DNA of 64,000 bases from the human T2T-CHM13v2.0 reference genome, Homo sapiens, in NCBI RefSeq assembly GCF_009914755.1, contig NC_060931.1. The stretch is one strand, 5' to 3'. Position 1 is the first letter of the stretch. Each line of letters begins with the position of its first letter. Of the stretch, positions 15,226-28,017 are shown piece after piece. The notes beneath the pieces are model-generated. The model was given only the letters and a program-made list of their open reading frames with translations, ran no database searches and was not told where the DNA came from. A program made the translations under genes and the position numbers.

Positions 15226-18099
15226 GGTATATCATTGAGCACCTCCCAGATATGCTTTTTCTGAGAGACACTTAGGATCTTGCATTTCTATGGGTTTTAT
15301 GCCAGGCCGGGAAGTCAATGTTTTAGATCTCTCCTCCCCAGCCTTTCTTGTCTTGATTTCACCATCTATATATTGGGTTCGTATAACACAAGTGCTTTTG
15401 CTAAAGCTGTTTTGAGTCATTGTAAAAGTGCATGATGAAACATATATGAGAGGCATTAATTGTTCGAGAGATGCTAAAACCAACCATACTAATGAACCCA
15501 GCACCACAATGGGAATAACCATTCACCATTTGTGAATTCATCCATGTATTACTTCTTCTGAGTCTGACTTTTAGTTCCTGGAAGAGGTATTTTGCCTTAA
15601 ATGGAAGGGCAACTTACTGGAAATTAAAGACAAGCTTCCCAGCATCCCAGCTGCTCCTGGAAAGGGGCATTTTCTCTCAAATATCTTGAGGAGGGGAATG
15701 GTGAGGAGCAGTATTATGCAGCACACTCTTAGAAAACAACAAAGTTTGCTCCCTTAACAACTCCATGAAGCAATTCTCTGAAGAAAATACATTTGTATAG
15801 ATACACATAAGTTTCACAATAGTTTGGCAAATTACAACAGAGATGGCAGAAATGCCTTTTATGCCTTAAAAGGCAGGGCCAAGGGCTTCAAGGCTTCCAC
15901 ACACAGATCAATCCATCTTCAAAATTAATAGTGATAGTGCAATCAAAAAATATAGCACCTGACAGCTTTGTATATTGACATCGCCCCTTCACACACATAC
16001 CCATTGGGACATTAAGTATACGTCCTCCTCTGCACTCAGATCCTTCTGATAAACTGAGCTCCATGAATTATGCTTGTCTTGTACCGTATTTTCTATCTTC
16101 ATTTTGAAGAGCTTTCAGCTGCCAGCGAAAGCTCAATACAATGAAATCTTGGCACCATCCAACCCCTTGGCTGCAACAACAAAATTTTGTTCTATACCAT
16201 GTCATTTCAATACCCTTAGCATTCTAAATTACCCAGAGTATTTCATTGAGATGGTATCGGTGAATGTCAAATACAGCCTCAAAACGTACCTGTTTGTTAG
16301 CAGTATTTTCTGGAGACTTCCAAATCCTTCAAACTGTGGGTAGCCTGAACCTGCTGCCCCTGTGAACCGTGTGCGGCTCACGGAAGTCTGGTTATTAGGT
16401 AATCAGCTATACTGAATTTTCTCCATATGTTCAACAAATATGTTGAGGTGGCTATTTCTTCCCCTAAAAATCACTGAGCTACAGAAGCATATGCTTTCTG
16501 GAGACCTGAAATGCAATTGCTATAAAAATGAAATACTATTCTTGGAATACCTATGCCATTACTTGAACTGGGTCTCCTTTACAATGAAATGGCTGCTGCT
16601 TAGCAACTAATGCAAAGAAAGAGCCTGACTCTATCTCTACCTGTTTTTTTTTCTTTTTCCCCAGTAAGAGGAGTGTTAAACATATACCATCACACTTGTA
16701 GTTTCATGTTTTCATGTGTACAGGAAGGGCAATGACAATGGCAATGAGGTCATCCTCATTGTCAATGCAATATGGATTTAGAATACCAGCTAGTGATTCC
16801 AACTTTGTCCATTGTGATAAACCAGTGAGATTAATTCAAGTAAGTAAAATTAATGAGAGGGAAATGGTGCTATTTTTCCATAGATTCATGTGTTGAAACA
16901 GCATCCTGCAGTGAAAAGAGTATGAGACTTCAGATCCGAAAACCAGCCTGAACCTGGCAATGTCCCTTATGGCACATGGCCTTGGGAAAGTCGCTTAGCT
17001 ACTGTGACTGTTTCCTTAAATGTACAATGGCTATGAAAACAATACGGGGTTGCCTAAGATTGTTTTGTGAGTAGTTAGATTAATTATGTGAAAGGAGTTT
17101 ATAAATGGTAAGCTGTGAAAGCACCACACACATTTTTATTATTATTAAGTACCTAAATTTAGTCAGTATAACAGTTTAAGAAATCTCCAGAAATTTGTCT
17201 TTAAAAAAAATCCCTTAGACTTTGTTATAAGTAATTCCACGCTGGCTCATAGAAAGCTTCTGTTTTAATCTTTAAATAGCTTGGGCATTTATTTTTGAAG
17301 TAGAGGTTTATTTTCCTAAGAAATTCTGAAAGTTTTCTTCAAATGAGAAAGAATGACTCAGGTTTTCAAAATGTTCCTTTGGAACTTTCTAGGTGTCTCT
17401 AACTGCACTCATGAACATACTGACGAATTCTGAAGGATGTTGTTATGGAAAAACTCATATTGCAAAGACTTGCAGCTCAAACAGGTCCTCGAGCTAAAGG
17501 TAAAAGACCAGACTCTTCTAAGAATATCTTTTGTAAAAATCAAATGGGGCTGACTATGCCATTTCAGACATGTAAAGTGCACATAAGTTAACCCTAGCTT
17601 CTTCACTGGACCCCAATCCATGGTACCATCACCTCCCTTCAAGTTCCACTGTGATTACAACAAATCACAAGGTCTTGTACTGTAGAATTTAAAAGGAGCA
17701 GTACCAGTCTATAATCCCTGCAATCATTTCTTGGCCCCAGGAAACTGGATTTATTCCCCCGTCTTGTGCAATGGAAAATTCATATAGTTTTTACAAAAAA
17801 ACACCATGGAAAGCTCAATCTTGGCCTCCCTACAACTGACAGTAGCACATGATTATTCACAGAGCTAAGTTTTATGCTTAGACATAAAAAGAATGTTCAT
17901 CCACTCAGCCAATCAACCTTTGTCAAGGCCTCTCTCTATGTCTTGTGTGAGGTCTGGCTGGGCCCATGAAGATGAAACACATGGGTCTCTCTCCTCAAGA
18001 GAGTTTGGTCTAATAAACCACTAGATTGTGAAAATATGGCTATTTGCACACAGAGAGGGTAATGGGAAAGGGTGAAAAGAGGACAAGAAAAGCTGCAAT

Positions 18100-18330
18100 A
18101 GGGAAGTAATAAGCAATATGCAAATATGGGCACAGATCTTAACTCTGCCACTCAGCTATGTGACTTGCAGGCAAGCTGCTTAAACTCTAAGCCTCAATGT
18201 CCTTCTCTGTAAAATGGAAATAATAATAGTCCCTACTTAATTGACGGTCCAGTGAAATCCCAAATGTAAAATATTTAGCAGCTCTTGACACAGTGTAAGC
18301 ATTTGGCAAAATCAGTAACTTATAATGATT
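18100..18330 (+). mobile_element. MIR SINE
   Basis: ctctgccactcagctatgtgacttg...gcctcaatgtcc...ctgtaaaatggaaataataatag. Confidence 0.65.
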
Positions 18331-18534
18331 AATATTCACAGGTAGGGAGGTAAGTTAATCGTTGCGGTCAGTATTTGAACCAAGAAAAGCTTTTTCCTTC
18401 TCTGAGCTGCACTTACAAAAAGCTTGGAAGTGCATGGATTGCCTTTGCTGCCTCTGGGAATGGCCTTCAGAGGCCACTGGGAAGGACAAGAGGAGTGATG
18501 TCTGTGGCTTCCTGGAATATTGTGAGAAAAAGCA

Positions 18535-18893
18535 GGGTAGGCTGGTGTTTATGTCCTCCCAAAAGTCACATGTTGAAATTATCACCCCCAATGTGATGGT
18601 TCTAGAAGGTGGGGCCACTGGGGGTGATTCAGTCACAAGGGTGGGGCGCTAATGAATGGGATGAGTGCCCCTCTAGAAAGAGACCCCCAGGAGCCTCACT
18701 ACCTCCACCCTGTGAGGACACCATGAGAAGAGAGCTGTCTGCAGCCCCAAAGAGGGTCCTCCCCAGAACCTGACCATGTTGGTGCCCTGATCTCAGACTT
18801 CCAACCTCCAGAATGATGAGAAAGAAATGTCTGTTGTTTAGAAGCCGCCCAGTCTATGGGACTTTGTTACAGCAGCCCAAGCTAATGAAGACA
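18535..18893 (+). mobile_element. MLT1A-like solo LTR (MaLR)
   Basis: tgtttatgtcctcccaaaagtcacatgttgaaat...aatgtgatggt...gatctcagacttccaacctccagaa...agcagcccaag...aagaca. Confidence 0.8.
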
Positions 18894-18977
18894 GCCATGA
18901 AAACCAAGCAGCCCCGAGGTTGTGCGCTGTCAGGGAAGCCCATGCTTGGCAGCTTCCTGTGTAACTTCAGACACTGA

Positions 18978-19347
<370 letters not shown>

Positions 19348-20529
19348 TCTTCCTTCAAAACTCTTAAAGAGAATGCTTTCAGTCTGAAAGAGATTGTCTC
19401 AAACTCTGACACATCCATAAGGACAATGATGAGATCTGAGGCCTTTCAGCCTGAGGAATGTTCCAGAAGTTTGTCTCTAAATGATACACGGAACCCTTTC
19501 CGACCGCTTCCACATAAGCTTATGTAAAGCTCTTTTTATCTTTCAACAAATTGCTTTCAAGTTTTTTTTTTAAAAAAGCAAAAATGTATTTTTCCTTACA
19601 AGCCTGACATCTTTCTCATGTACAAAGGAATGACACATTTTTAAAATGTACTTTGGTCCTTTCAAGGAATCTATTTTCTGGCTATTTCCTGAAAGACTAC
19701 ATGATACACAAAAGCAGTCCAACTGTCTTATCTTTGCCTTTTTTAGGGGAAAAAAAATGAATTCACCTCCTCAAAATTTATTTCACAGTCCTGAGCCGTT
19801 TTATTTGTCCAACAAATATTTAATAACCATCTACATCTTTTAAAATATATTCTGCTGTTTGGCCTGGTTCAAATAACTGATGGAACATCCCAGAAGGCTG
19901 CACCTTCCATTTCTGAAATAATCCAGGGCAGGTAGCATCTGCGAAGCTTCTTTCTGTGATTGCCAGGGCATGCCAGCCGGCCATTGTCTGTATGTACAAA
20001 GCAGGCATCATCAAGACAGGCCAGAAGAGAAATAACCTCTGTCCTGGAATCACAGGGGACAATTCTATTTCTAGTACCTCGGTCTTTATCAGCTTATCCA
20101 TTCCTGACACTGTGAAGCTCTGAGACCCCTCTCACCCACCCCTCCACGGCTGGCTTCCTGCTCTCAGATGACCAGCTGGGAGTTTGGATTGCTGCTACCT
20201 GATTCCTCCGCACACTGACTGTGCCTCTCTCCTCCGACCTCTGCCTTCTGTCTGCTCCAATTTCCAAAGCACTAAGAAGCAGCTTTCTCCCCTTCACATC
20301 CCCTAGTAACAATGAATTGTGTTTTAATAAGTTATGAAAGAAAAAGTACATATTCTATACCTTAAAGAATGCCAAAACCTGTCAGTTAAATTTCTCAAGT
20401 CTATGTCTATCTCATTTTCATATTACCTGAATAATTTTATCACCAGCTGCTGACATTTGATGATGTTCTGTATTTTGAAGAATAATAGACAAATCTGTTC
20501 CTTAACTGGACTTGAGTATAGATAATACC

Positions 20530-20735
20530 ACTTTAACAAACACACATATAGCATGTACTTTGTGACTCATTTAAATGTCAAATAATTCTACAGGATGAGT
20601 ACTACTATCACTACCATTTTGCAGATAGGGAAATTAAGACACAGAGAGGTTAAGTAACTTTTGCAGGCACACAGCAGGCAGAGGTGGCGCTTTGGACCCA
20701 GGTAGCAGGGCTCTTCACCAGTACTCTCCTCTACC
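20530..20735 (-). mobile_element. MIR SINE
   Basis: ccattttgcagatagggaaattaagacacagagaggttaagtaactt is the MIR core in reverse orientation. Confidence 0.65.
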
Positions 20736-23700
20736 TCTCAAGTAATTGAAAGTTAAGAAAAATGAAATTTAATTGTGGTTTAAATATTACTGTTTCGAAT
20801 GTTGTTCCCAACATCTAACAAAAGCCAGGCTATAAATATTACAGCTTAAACCAGAATTGGTTCTTTTATCAGAACATTATTTATGAGTCTGGAAATCTAA
20901 AGGCAAATTTCCATTTCAGCAAAACTAGGTTGGATGCAAGAATGACAGAAGCCCCTGTTAGAAAGCTGTTGCCCTTAAAAGAAAATGCTGTTTGCTTTAT
21001 TTCAAAGGCTCACAAAACTCAGGGCTGGAAGGAAAGAACATTAACATTCATATGCAAAGATCTTTCTTCCCACCTCTACCCAATCACAGCCCCCTCCTTC
21101 AGCTAATATGCACACACAAGATGATTTAATTTTCTCTAAAGTAACCCAAGCAGTGCTCATCCCTCCTCTCCCTAAACACTATGGGTGTCAGGACACTCGT
21201 GAGCCATTCTTCAAGTGCTCTGTATGGTACATGAATAAAAAGTAGCTGGTGCTTTTCTGAAGATTTTATTAAGTGGGTTAAAAACAAAGCAAAAGCTTAG
21301 AGTCACTAAGCGGACTAATGCATTCTTCCTAAAATAACTTTTTCACCAAAGTCAATCAGATGAGCTGGAAGGAAAGAGGGAGTGAAGTAATATAGAACAG
21401 AGGTGGCTGGAGTGACCTCCGGCTGGCTGGACAATGGTCAGGACTCCAGGAATGCTGGGTAGCCCTTTTTCTGCATTTTTACATTTTAATCACTGAAGGA
21501 AAAGTCAACAGAAATTTCCCTGAGGAGAAAATCAATGCTGCCCCTTGGAAAGGGATGAGACAGACAGAAAGAGAACCGGAGAGCTAATTAGTGCTACTCA
21601 GAAGGCAAATTAAGGCCTTTTCTTTGACAAGCTGCAAATAGCTGGTTAAGTAAGAGTTTCTGCCACCCCTCTCCAGCCTCACAGCTGCCTAAATGGCTGA
21701 TGCAGGTACGCAAACAGGAAGCTGTAAACAGTAACGCAGTCCTGGGCTGCTGGACAAAGTGTAAATAAGAAAAAGGCAGAGGTTTCTTTAGTAGAAAAGA
21801 AACTCACAATTGAGATGAACCAAGAATGAATAACAGTAGTAATTTATTTTAAAATGCCAATGAAATGTATTTATTCAATAAATACTTATCCAACACCTAC
21901 CAAGCAAGAAGAATCAGAGTCATCGATTCAAATGATCAGGTGCAAGTTCTGTCTTCAAAGGAGCTAACAACTTAGTTTGGGGAATGGTAATAAGTACACA
22001 AGTTAACTCTATGTAGGGCACTATGCCATGTCCTTTAAATAAAGTAACTCATTTAATCTTCCTAACAAACCTGTATTACTATTATCTCATTTTAGAAACA
22101 CATTGGCTGGGCCTCCAAGGAGTTACATAGCTTGTCTGAGATTAGCAGAAAGATGCCAAGTTCAAACCCTAGTCTAAGTCCCAGACCAGAAAATGACACT
22201 TGTCTCAACAAAGCTATTTGAAAGAACAGGGGAGCACCAGCCACCCATCACCCCAAGTGGACGCTTTTGAGCTCATACCAATCGAGGAGTTTTCCTGGTG
22301 AACAAGCCAGCAATGAGTTGTGGAAGCATTATGGGCAAACAGACTTAGCTTGGTATTTTTATTTCTCCAATTATCTGCATTGTTTTTGTGCCTTGAAATA
22401 GGTTTCAATCAGTTCCAACAATTAGAAATCAGCCCATTTTTATAGGCATTTTGAGCAAATTAAATTTTAATGAAAAAAAGTTTTATGGCTTAGATTTCAT
22501 TTTACTTCTGACCTTTCTTTCAAAGTTATCCACTGTAAGAAAAGCTCACATGCCATCATTTATTTGCAGTAACTACTGTCCCAAAACTAGTTACAGGACC
22601 TCAGGAAAAATAATTAGTCTCCACAGGATCAGTGTTACCAACACATACCCATGGAAGAAAGCAAATGTCACAGCCCAACGTGTAGGCAATAGTTCTTCCA
22701 GATGCTTCTGGTCTCACAGTGTACTCAACTTCAAGGATACCTTGGGGTTGTGTAGGGAACATGTTCTCAGATCCCAGGCCAGACGAACATACAGGGTGTA
22801 GACAGCCTGGGCTCTCACTAGGAACCCTCATTTCCTCAGACTAGAAAGTGCGGTGTTGGAAAGAGCTAGCTCTAGTCTAATTGAATTTGGCCCCATGAGG
22901 CAATGCTGTTGTTTGTTGCCACAGCAGAATTGAACACCAGCAAAGACCTCTCTTCAACTTCCCTATCCCCAGATTCCACAGGACCCAATAGTGTCAATCT
23001 CCCAGGTAAAAATCAAGCCTCTAAAAGATCACTTAGAGCAGAATAAGTACTCCGGACAGTGGTTGAATTGAAATCTTGCCCAGTGTGTATCCTAACTGAG
23101 GAAGTAACAGTCAGTATGTAAGTCATTACTGAGAAAGGAATTAAATTAGAACCAAGATCTTAATCTGATCCTACAGTCTTTAAAAATCTAACAGATGTGC
23201 AAAACACGGATAAAAACAAAATAAAATGGATTTACAAAAGAGGATACATACTGATATTCAGGAGAAAAGTTCCCCCATACACTATTGATTACAATGCAAG
23301 GAAGACCAATATCCATTTTATCCTACGTGGCTTCGAACTCCTCAAATATCTTTCTTGTAATAACACAACCTTACTTTGTGGGACAAAACACACGCAAAAA
23401 AACTACATTCTAATCATCAACCTATAAAGAATAACAGATCATTTTTTACATGGTTGCCCAAACTAAAGCGTTTAATACTCCTTGCTCCTATTTCTATCTC
23501 ATACCAAAAACTTCCTTTAAGAAAGGTTTAGTATTACCAGCATGGTTTATGAGCAGAGAAACTAAATCATAGGCATCAACATCTCATAAGTAATGGTCTG
23601 CCCAGACATACTGACAAGCAAAATTGTACTTCATCACTCATTCTGTGCTGCCCAAAGAGGTACCGATGGGCCAGCTCTTCATTGGACCTAGGTTCGCCTA

Positions 23701-24044
23701 CACAACCCTGTGTAAATTTTTTTTTAAGGCATATAAACCTCTAACGAGGATATCTTCATAGCAGGTGCATGTAGGTGGTTTTGTTCTCAGAAGCAAAACT
23801 GATATATTTGCAATCATGAATTTATATTCATTTATATTTCTGAGATAGTAGAAGAGTTCCCTAAAATTATATAGACAAAGGGCCACAAGCCAAAAAAAGG
23901 TATGCAATAATATATAATAATAATAATATGTAATGACCTGCCGTGTATTACAGATGAGGGGGAAGATAACTCACACTGCACACACGCATGCATACACATA
24001 TGCACACATGGACAGAGAGCTCAAGCCTAAAATAAATGTTTAGG

Positions 24045-24260
24045 GAAGCAGCGTGATGCGGTCTAAAGAGACAGTCCTTTGGAGTCATCTGTGTTTTAAA
24101 TTCTGCCTCCTGCCCAAGCTCTATGCCTCAAGTTCATTTTCAATAAAATGGAAATAGTCATAGTCACATCACAGGACTGTCACAAAGATTAATTAAGACA
24201 GAATATACAATAAGGCTTAGCCCAGTGCCTGTTGCATAGAAGACAATAAACATCAGCTAC
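24045..24260 (+). mobile_element. MIR SINE
   Basis: tttggagtca...gcctcaagttcat...aaaatggaaatag...gcttagcccagtgcctg. Confidence 0.55.
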
Positions 24261-24819
24261 CTTCTCCTTCCCCTCCCTTATGTGTTTCTGAAGTCTTTTT
24301 TTTTTTATTGTACTGACTTATATGGGAATTCTTACAGCAGTTTAAAAAAAAAAACAGTTCCTACACAGTATATAGTCATTTACACATATGTATCTGTTGC
24401 AGCACCATAATTTGCAAAGAAAAACGAAGTAGTAATTTTAAAAGAAAAGTACCAGCTCACTCGCACTGCCTTTTCAAACCTTCAGCTTTACAGTCGACAG
24501 AGACTATTTGCTCTAGGGGTGCAGATTCTGAAATAAAGGAAAAAATTCTCATGGGAAAAATGGTTCTCAAAAAAAGCCAACACAGAATAGATAATGAGGG
24601 GAAATCTAGGAGTACAGAAAGCAGTTTATTTTACTTAACAAAGTAAAAGTCAAGCAAAATGAATAATCTGCCTCCAGAAATGGTTATTTAAAGGCTTTTT
24701 GTAAAGGGCTCTGGTTCCTAAAAAGACAGGAGTCACTGCATATGCCCACCCACTCCTCATTTATTTTTAAACCCTAGCTTATATGTTCCTTAGCAACAGA
24801 AGGAGCAGATGAGACCCCC

Positions 24820-24821
<2 letters not shown>

Positions 24822-24871
<50 letters not shown>
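24822..24871. repeat. Perfect (AC)25 microsatellite
   Basis: Seen directly in the sequence. Confidence 0.95.
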
Positions 24872-24874
<3 letters not shown>

Positions 24875-25479
24875 CTCTCCCAAAGCCCCCTTCTTTTTGC
24901 CTGTCAAGTTTCATTCCAAAAATACACATGTTCTTCAAAAGATATTTTTTGCCTACCTGCAAATCTCCACTCCTCCACCTCAAATGATCCCCCTCACGCA
25001 AGCAGCCATGCTCCATACCCTAACTCAGTCCTTTCACTCAGACTCCATTCTGTGAGGTCTTCCTGCCTCCTCTCCATAAGCTCCCACCAGACACTGTCCT
25101 CAGGTGCCCCCAGAAGGGAGGTGGTGTGGTCCCCACCAAGGAGCCGACCCTCAGCTCCTGACAAACCTGCTCTTTTTTTACACACCCTTCATCCATCCCA
25201 CAGTAAAACAGCCAGCCCTGCTGCAGGAGTCCAGCACCAATGGCCGCCATGACGAGTGGGCAGGCCATTCACCATTACTCCAAAACAAATAAGTAACAGT
25301 GATCAAAATGGAGACAATTTCCTGTTACCCAGGCACAAACATGCTCCAGATGGAAGCACCTCCTTTTCACCATCTTTCCTCTGACTTTGAGACTGACTGG
25401 CCTGGTTTGGATGGGGAGGGTTTATGAGTTCAAAGATCAATTGTTTAGTCTTGGGGGCAAAATAGGGTGGCAATCCCCA

Positions 25480-25615
25480 TATATTAGTCTGCATAAACAT
25501 CGCCTGAGGAGCGTGTTAAAAATTCTCACCCACAGACAGTTTGATTCTGCAAGTCTAGGGTGGTGAGCACTTTTAACCAGACACCTGAGGTGACACTGAT
25601 GCAGGAATTGGAGAC
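25480..25615. mobile_element. MER5A-like hAT relic
   Basis: gagcgtgttaaaa...tgattctgcaagtctaggg...ttttaac...aggtgacactgatgcag. Confidence 0.5.
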
Positions 25616-27195
25616 TGTAAAGCTTTATTTAAAAGGAAATGATGTTCACGAAGTAGAATCCACCTCTATGTAAGGATTGTAAAGCAGACGCAATGTTATT
25701 ATTCTTCTATAGAAACATGCTGCGTCTGTGTCCATGTCTATGCTTGTGTGTGTACACACTTACACGTGCATGTGTGAGCATGCAACTCAGAAAGCCAAAA
25801 CCCCACACAACATACATTTTAAAAAAGGAGGCTCAGAGAATGACCCCTGACAAGAGGCAAGCTGAAATGATTTCCCTTGCAAACTCTGGCTTTGTCTTCC
25901 TACCCAGTGAGGACTCTGATGAATACCAATAAGCCAGGAGCAGCCTACACTGTGCTTCATGTAATCACCACCCCCTTCCAACTCACAGCTCCTAAATTAG
26001 GCTGAATGTAGTCCCTGTTCCCCCAGGGGCCAGACGGGCCATCATAACTAGGAAGTAGAACTGCCAGTGTCCTAGCATACCTCCCTAGAGCTACCCCCTC
26101 CCCACCATCTGTCTATTTTTAGAAACCAAAGTATAAAAAGAAAGATCCATTTGGACCTGATCTGTGTGAGTAACTAAGAGAACAACTCAGGTGGGGAACT
26201 CCCTCAGCGCACAGCGAACAAAATGCATGGGAGGAACGCAGAAGCAACAACCTCACCAGGAAGGCGTTTTAGGAGTCATCAGAAGTCAACACTTAGACAC
26301 AGAGCACATGCCCTAGTGACTGTGGCCTCCAGGCCAGGCGATGTCTATGGGGATCCCAATTATTCACACACCTGCCCCCATAAATAAAACACACCCTCCC
26401 AAACCCACACACCTCTGTCATCTGCGTTTGCTTACATAACAGCACATGGTGTGACAGGCTTAATACTTTATATGGTTTTTGGGAAGGGAACACTAACTCA
26501 GAAAGAGTAGGGTTACAAGAATGTTTTCACTGACCCCTTTTCCAGAAACCCTCTGAGCTCCAGCAAGTGTACATCTTTGTAAACCTATGCTTGCATATCA
26601 CCTCGACCTTTAACATCGATAAGCAGTAGGGTTAGTGTCAACAACTCTCCAAACCTGTCAATGTCTTTATTCTTGCCTGCGGAAGGGAGGGGTGAGAGAG
26701 ACCTTAATAAATCCTAATTCCTCGTTGTTGGATTCTAATACAATGTGGGGTTATCTTTTATCCTAATTTAAAGGCCATTGATCCCACACTGTCCTTGTCT
26801 TACACATACACTCATCCTTAGGTGCAAATATGGTCCCCACTCTCACCTTCACCCCTAGCTTGCCAGCGGGCTCCCCACACCCTCCTCCAGCCAGGAGAGA
26901 GGCAAGGAGCACGCAGGCATGGAGCCCCCATAACCAGTGGCGCATCTACAGACATAAACCCACTCTTCCTTCATGGGGGATTTCGAGGCAGGTCCAACTT
27001 CCATAAGGATTTCTCTTCAGTGTAGTGCTATTCTTTTCTGCCTGTCGGAGTGATCTCAGCTGTCAAGTTAGTGCCAAAGGTTCATCCAGCGAAATCTGGA
27101 AGGTGGGGGAAGGGTGGTTGAAGATGACACCTGCTTAGGGGCAACTTTGACGACTTCTCTTAAGAAAACTAAGCATCACTGAGTCTGCAACCCTT

Positions 27196-27298
<103 letters not shown>

Positions 27299-27551
27299 AA
27301 ATTTCTGTTGCTCTGACCTTAGGGACCCAGTGCTTCTCTCCTGCCACAGGGGAAAGCAGGCGTTGCTGCCCTCCAGCCTGGAATGATAGGATGGGGAGAA
27401 GACAGACATCCCCGGGAGGAGAGGGGGAAAGGGGGAAGGAGAGGCGTGGAAACAGAGAGGTGCCCAACTCCGCGGAAGCGCCCCTTGCTGGGAGAAGAGT
27501 GGGTCTCCCGCCGCGGCGCACCTGTCTCGGCTGCCGGCTCCCCGCACCTAC

Positions 27552-27952
27552 CTGTACGAGACCTGCTTCCGGAAAGTTAAGTTCCTCAGCTTCTCCTCCA
27601 GCGCTTCGTCCTTCTCCTTCTGGCCGGCGGCCGCGGGCTCGTCCAGGGCAGCGGCCCCCGCCGCCGCGGCTGACCCTGCGCCCCGCGGGTCCGCGCCGCC
27701 CTCGGCGCCCAGGCAGCAGCTCCCGGCGCCGCTTCCGCTGCTGCTGCTGCCGCCCGTCGCCCCTTTCTCCTCTCCCGCCGAGGAGCTGGGGTTCATGGCG
27801 CCCGCTCCGGCGGCCGCGGAGGGAGCGCAGGCGGCGCCGCTGCAGGGGCCGGGCGGGCTGGCGGCGGCGGCGGCGGCGGCTGCAGGAGCGCGGGCAGGTC
27901 CGCGCGCCGCTGGCAGGGGCAGCAAATGGCAGCCCCTTCCCGCAGCATCCAT
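27552..27952 (-). CDS. DGKI: Diacylglycerol kinase iota, coding exon 1 (133 codons + 2 nt)
   Basis: MDAAGRGCHLLPLPAARGPARAPAAAAAAAASPPGPCSG...EEKLRNLTFRKQVSYR is recognised as the DGK-iota N-terminus. ATG at 27952; donor AG|GTAGGT after 27552 (phase 2). Confidence 0.96.
27860..27883 (-). repeat. DGKI: GCA(GCC)7 encoding a poly-Ala8 tract
   Basis: (GGC)7 at 27860-27880 on the + strand, in frame as PAAAAAAAASP. Confidence 0.95.
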
Positions 27953-27997
27953 CCGCGGCTGCACCGCACCGGGGCATTGTGGGAAACTCCGCTCACT

Positions 27998-28017
27998 CCC
28001 CCGCCCCGGCCAATCAG
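27998..28017. promoter_or_regulatory. DGKI: Adjacent GC box (Sp/KLF) and CCAAT box (NF-Y) of the DGKI proximal promoter
   Basis: CCCCCGCCCC at 27998-28007 and GGCCAATCAG at 28008-28017, 46-65 nt upstream of the ATG. No clear TATA box. Confidence 0.7.

Noticed and set aside
24774-25252. ORFs with (HT)n/(CV)n runs (also 6651, 27176)
   Set aside because: Translations of CA/TG microsatellites.
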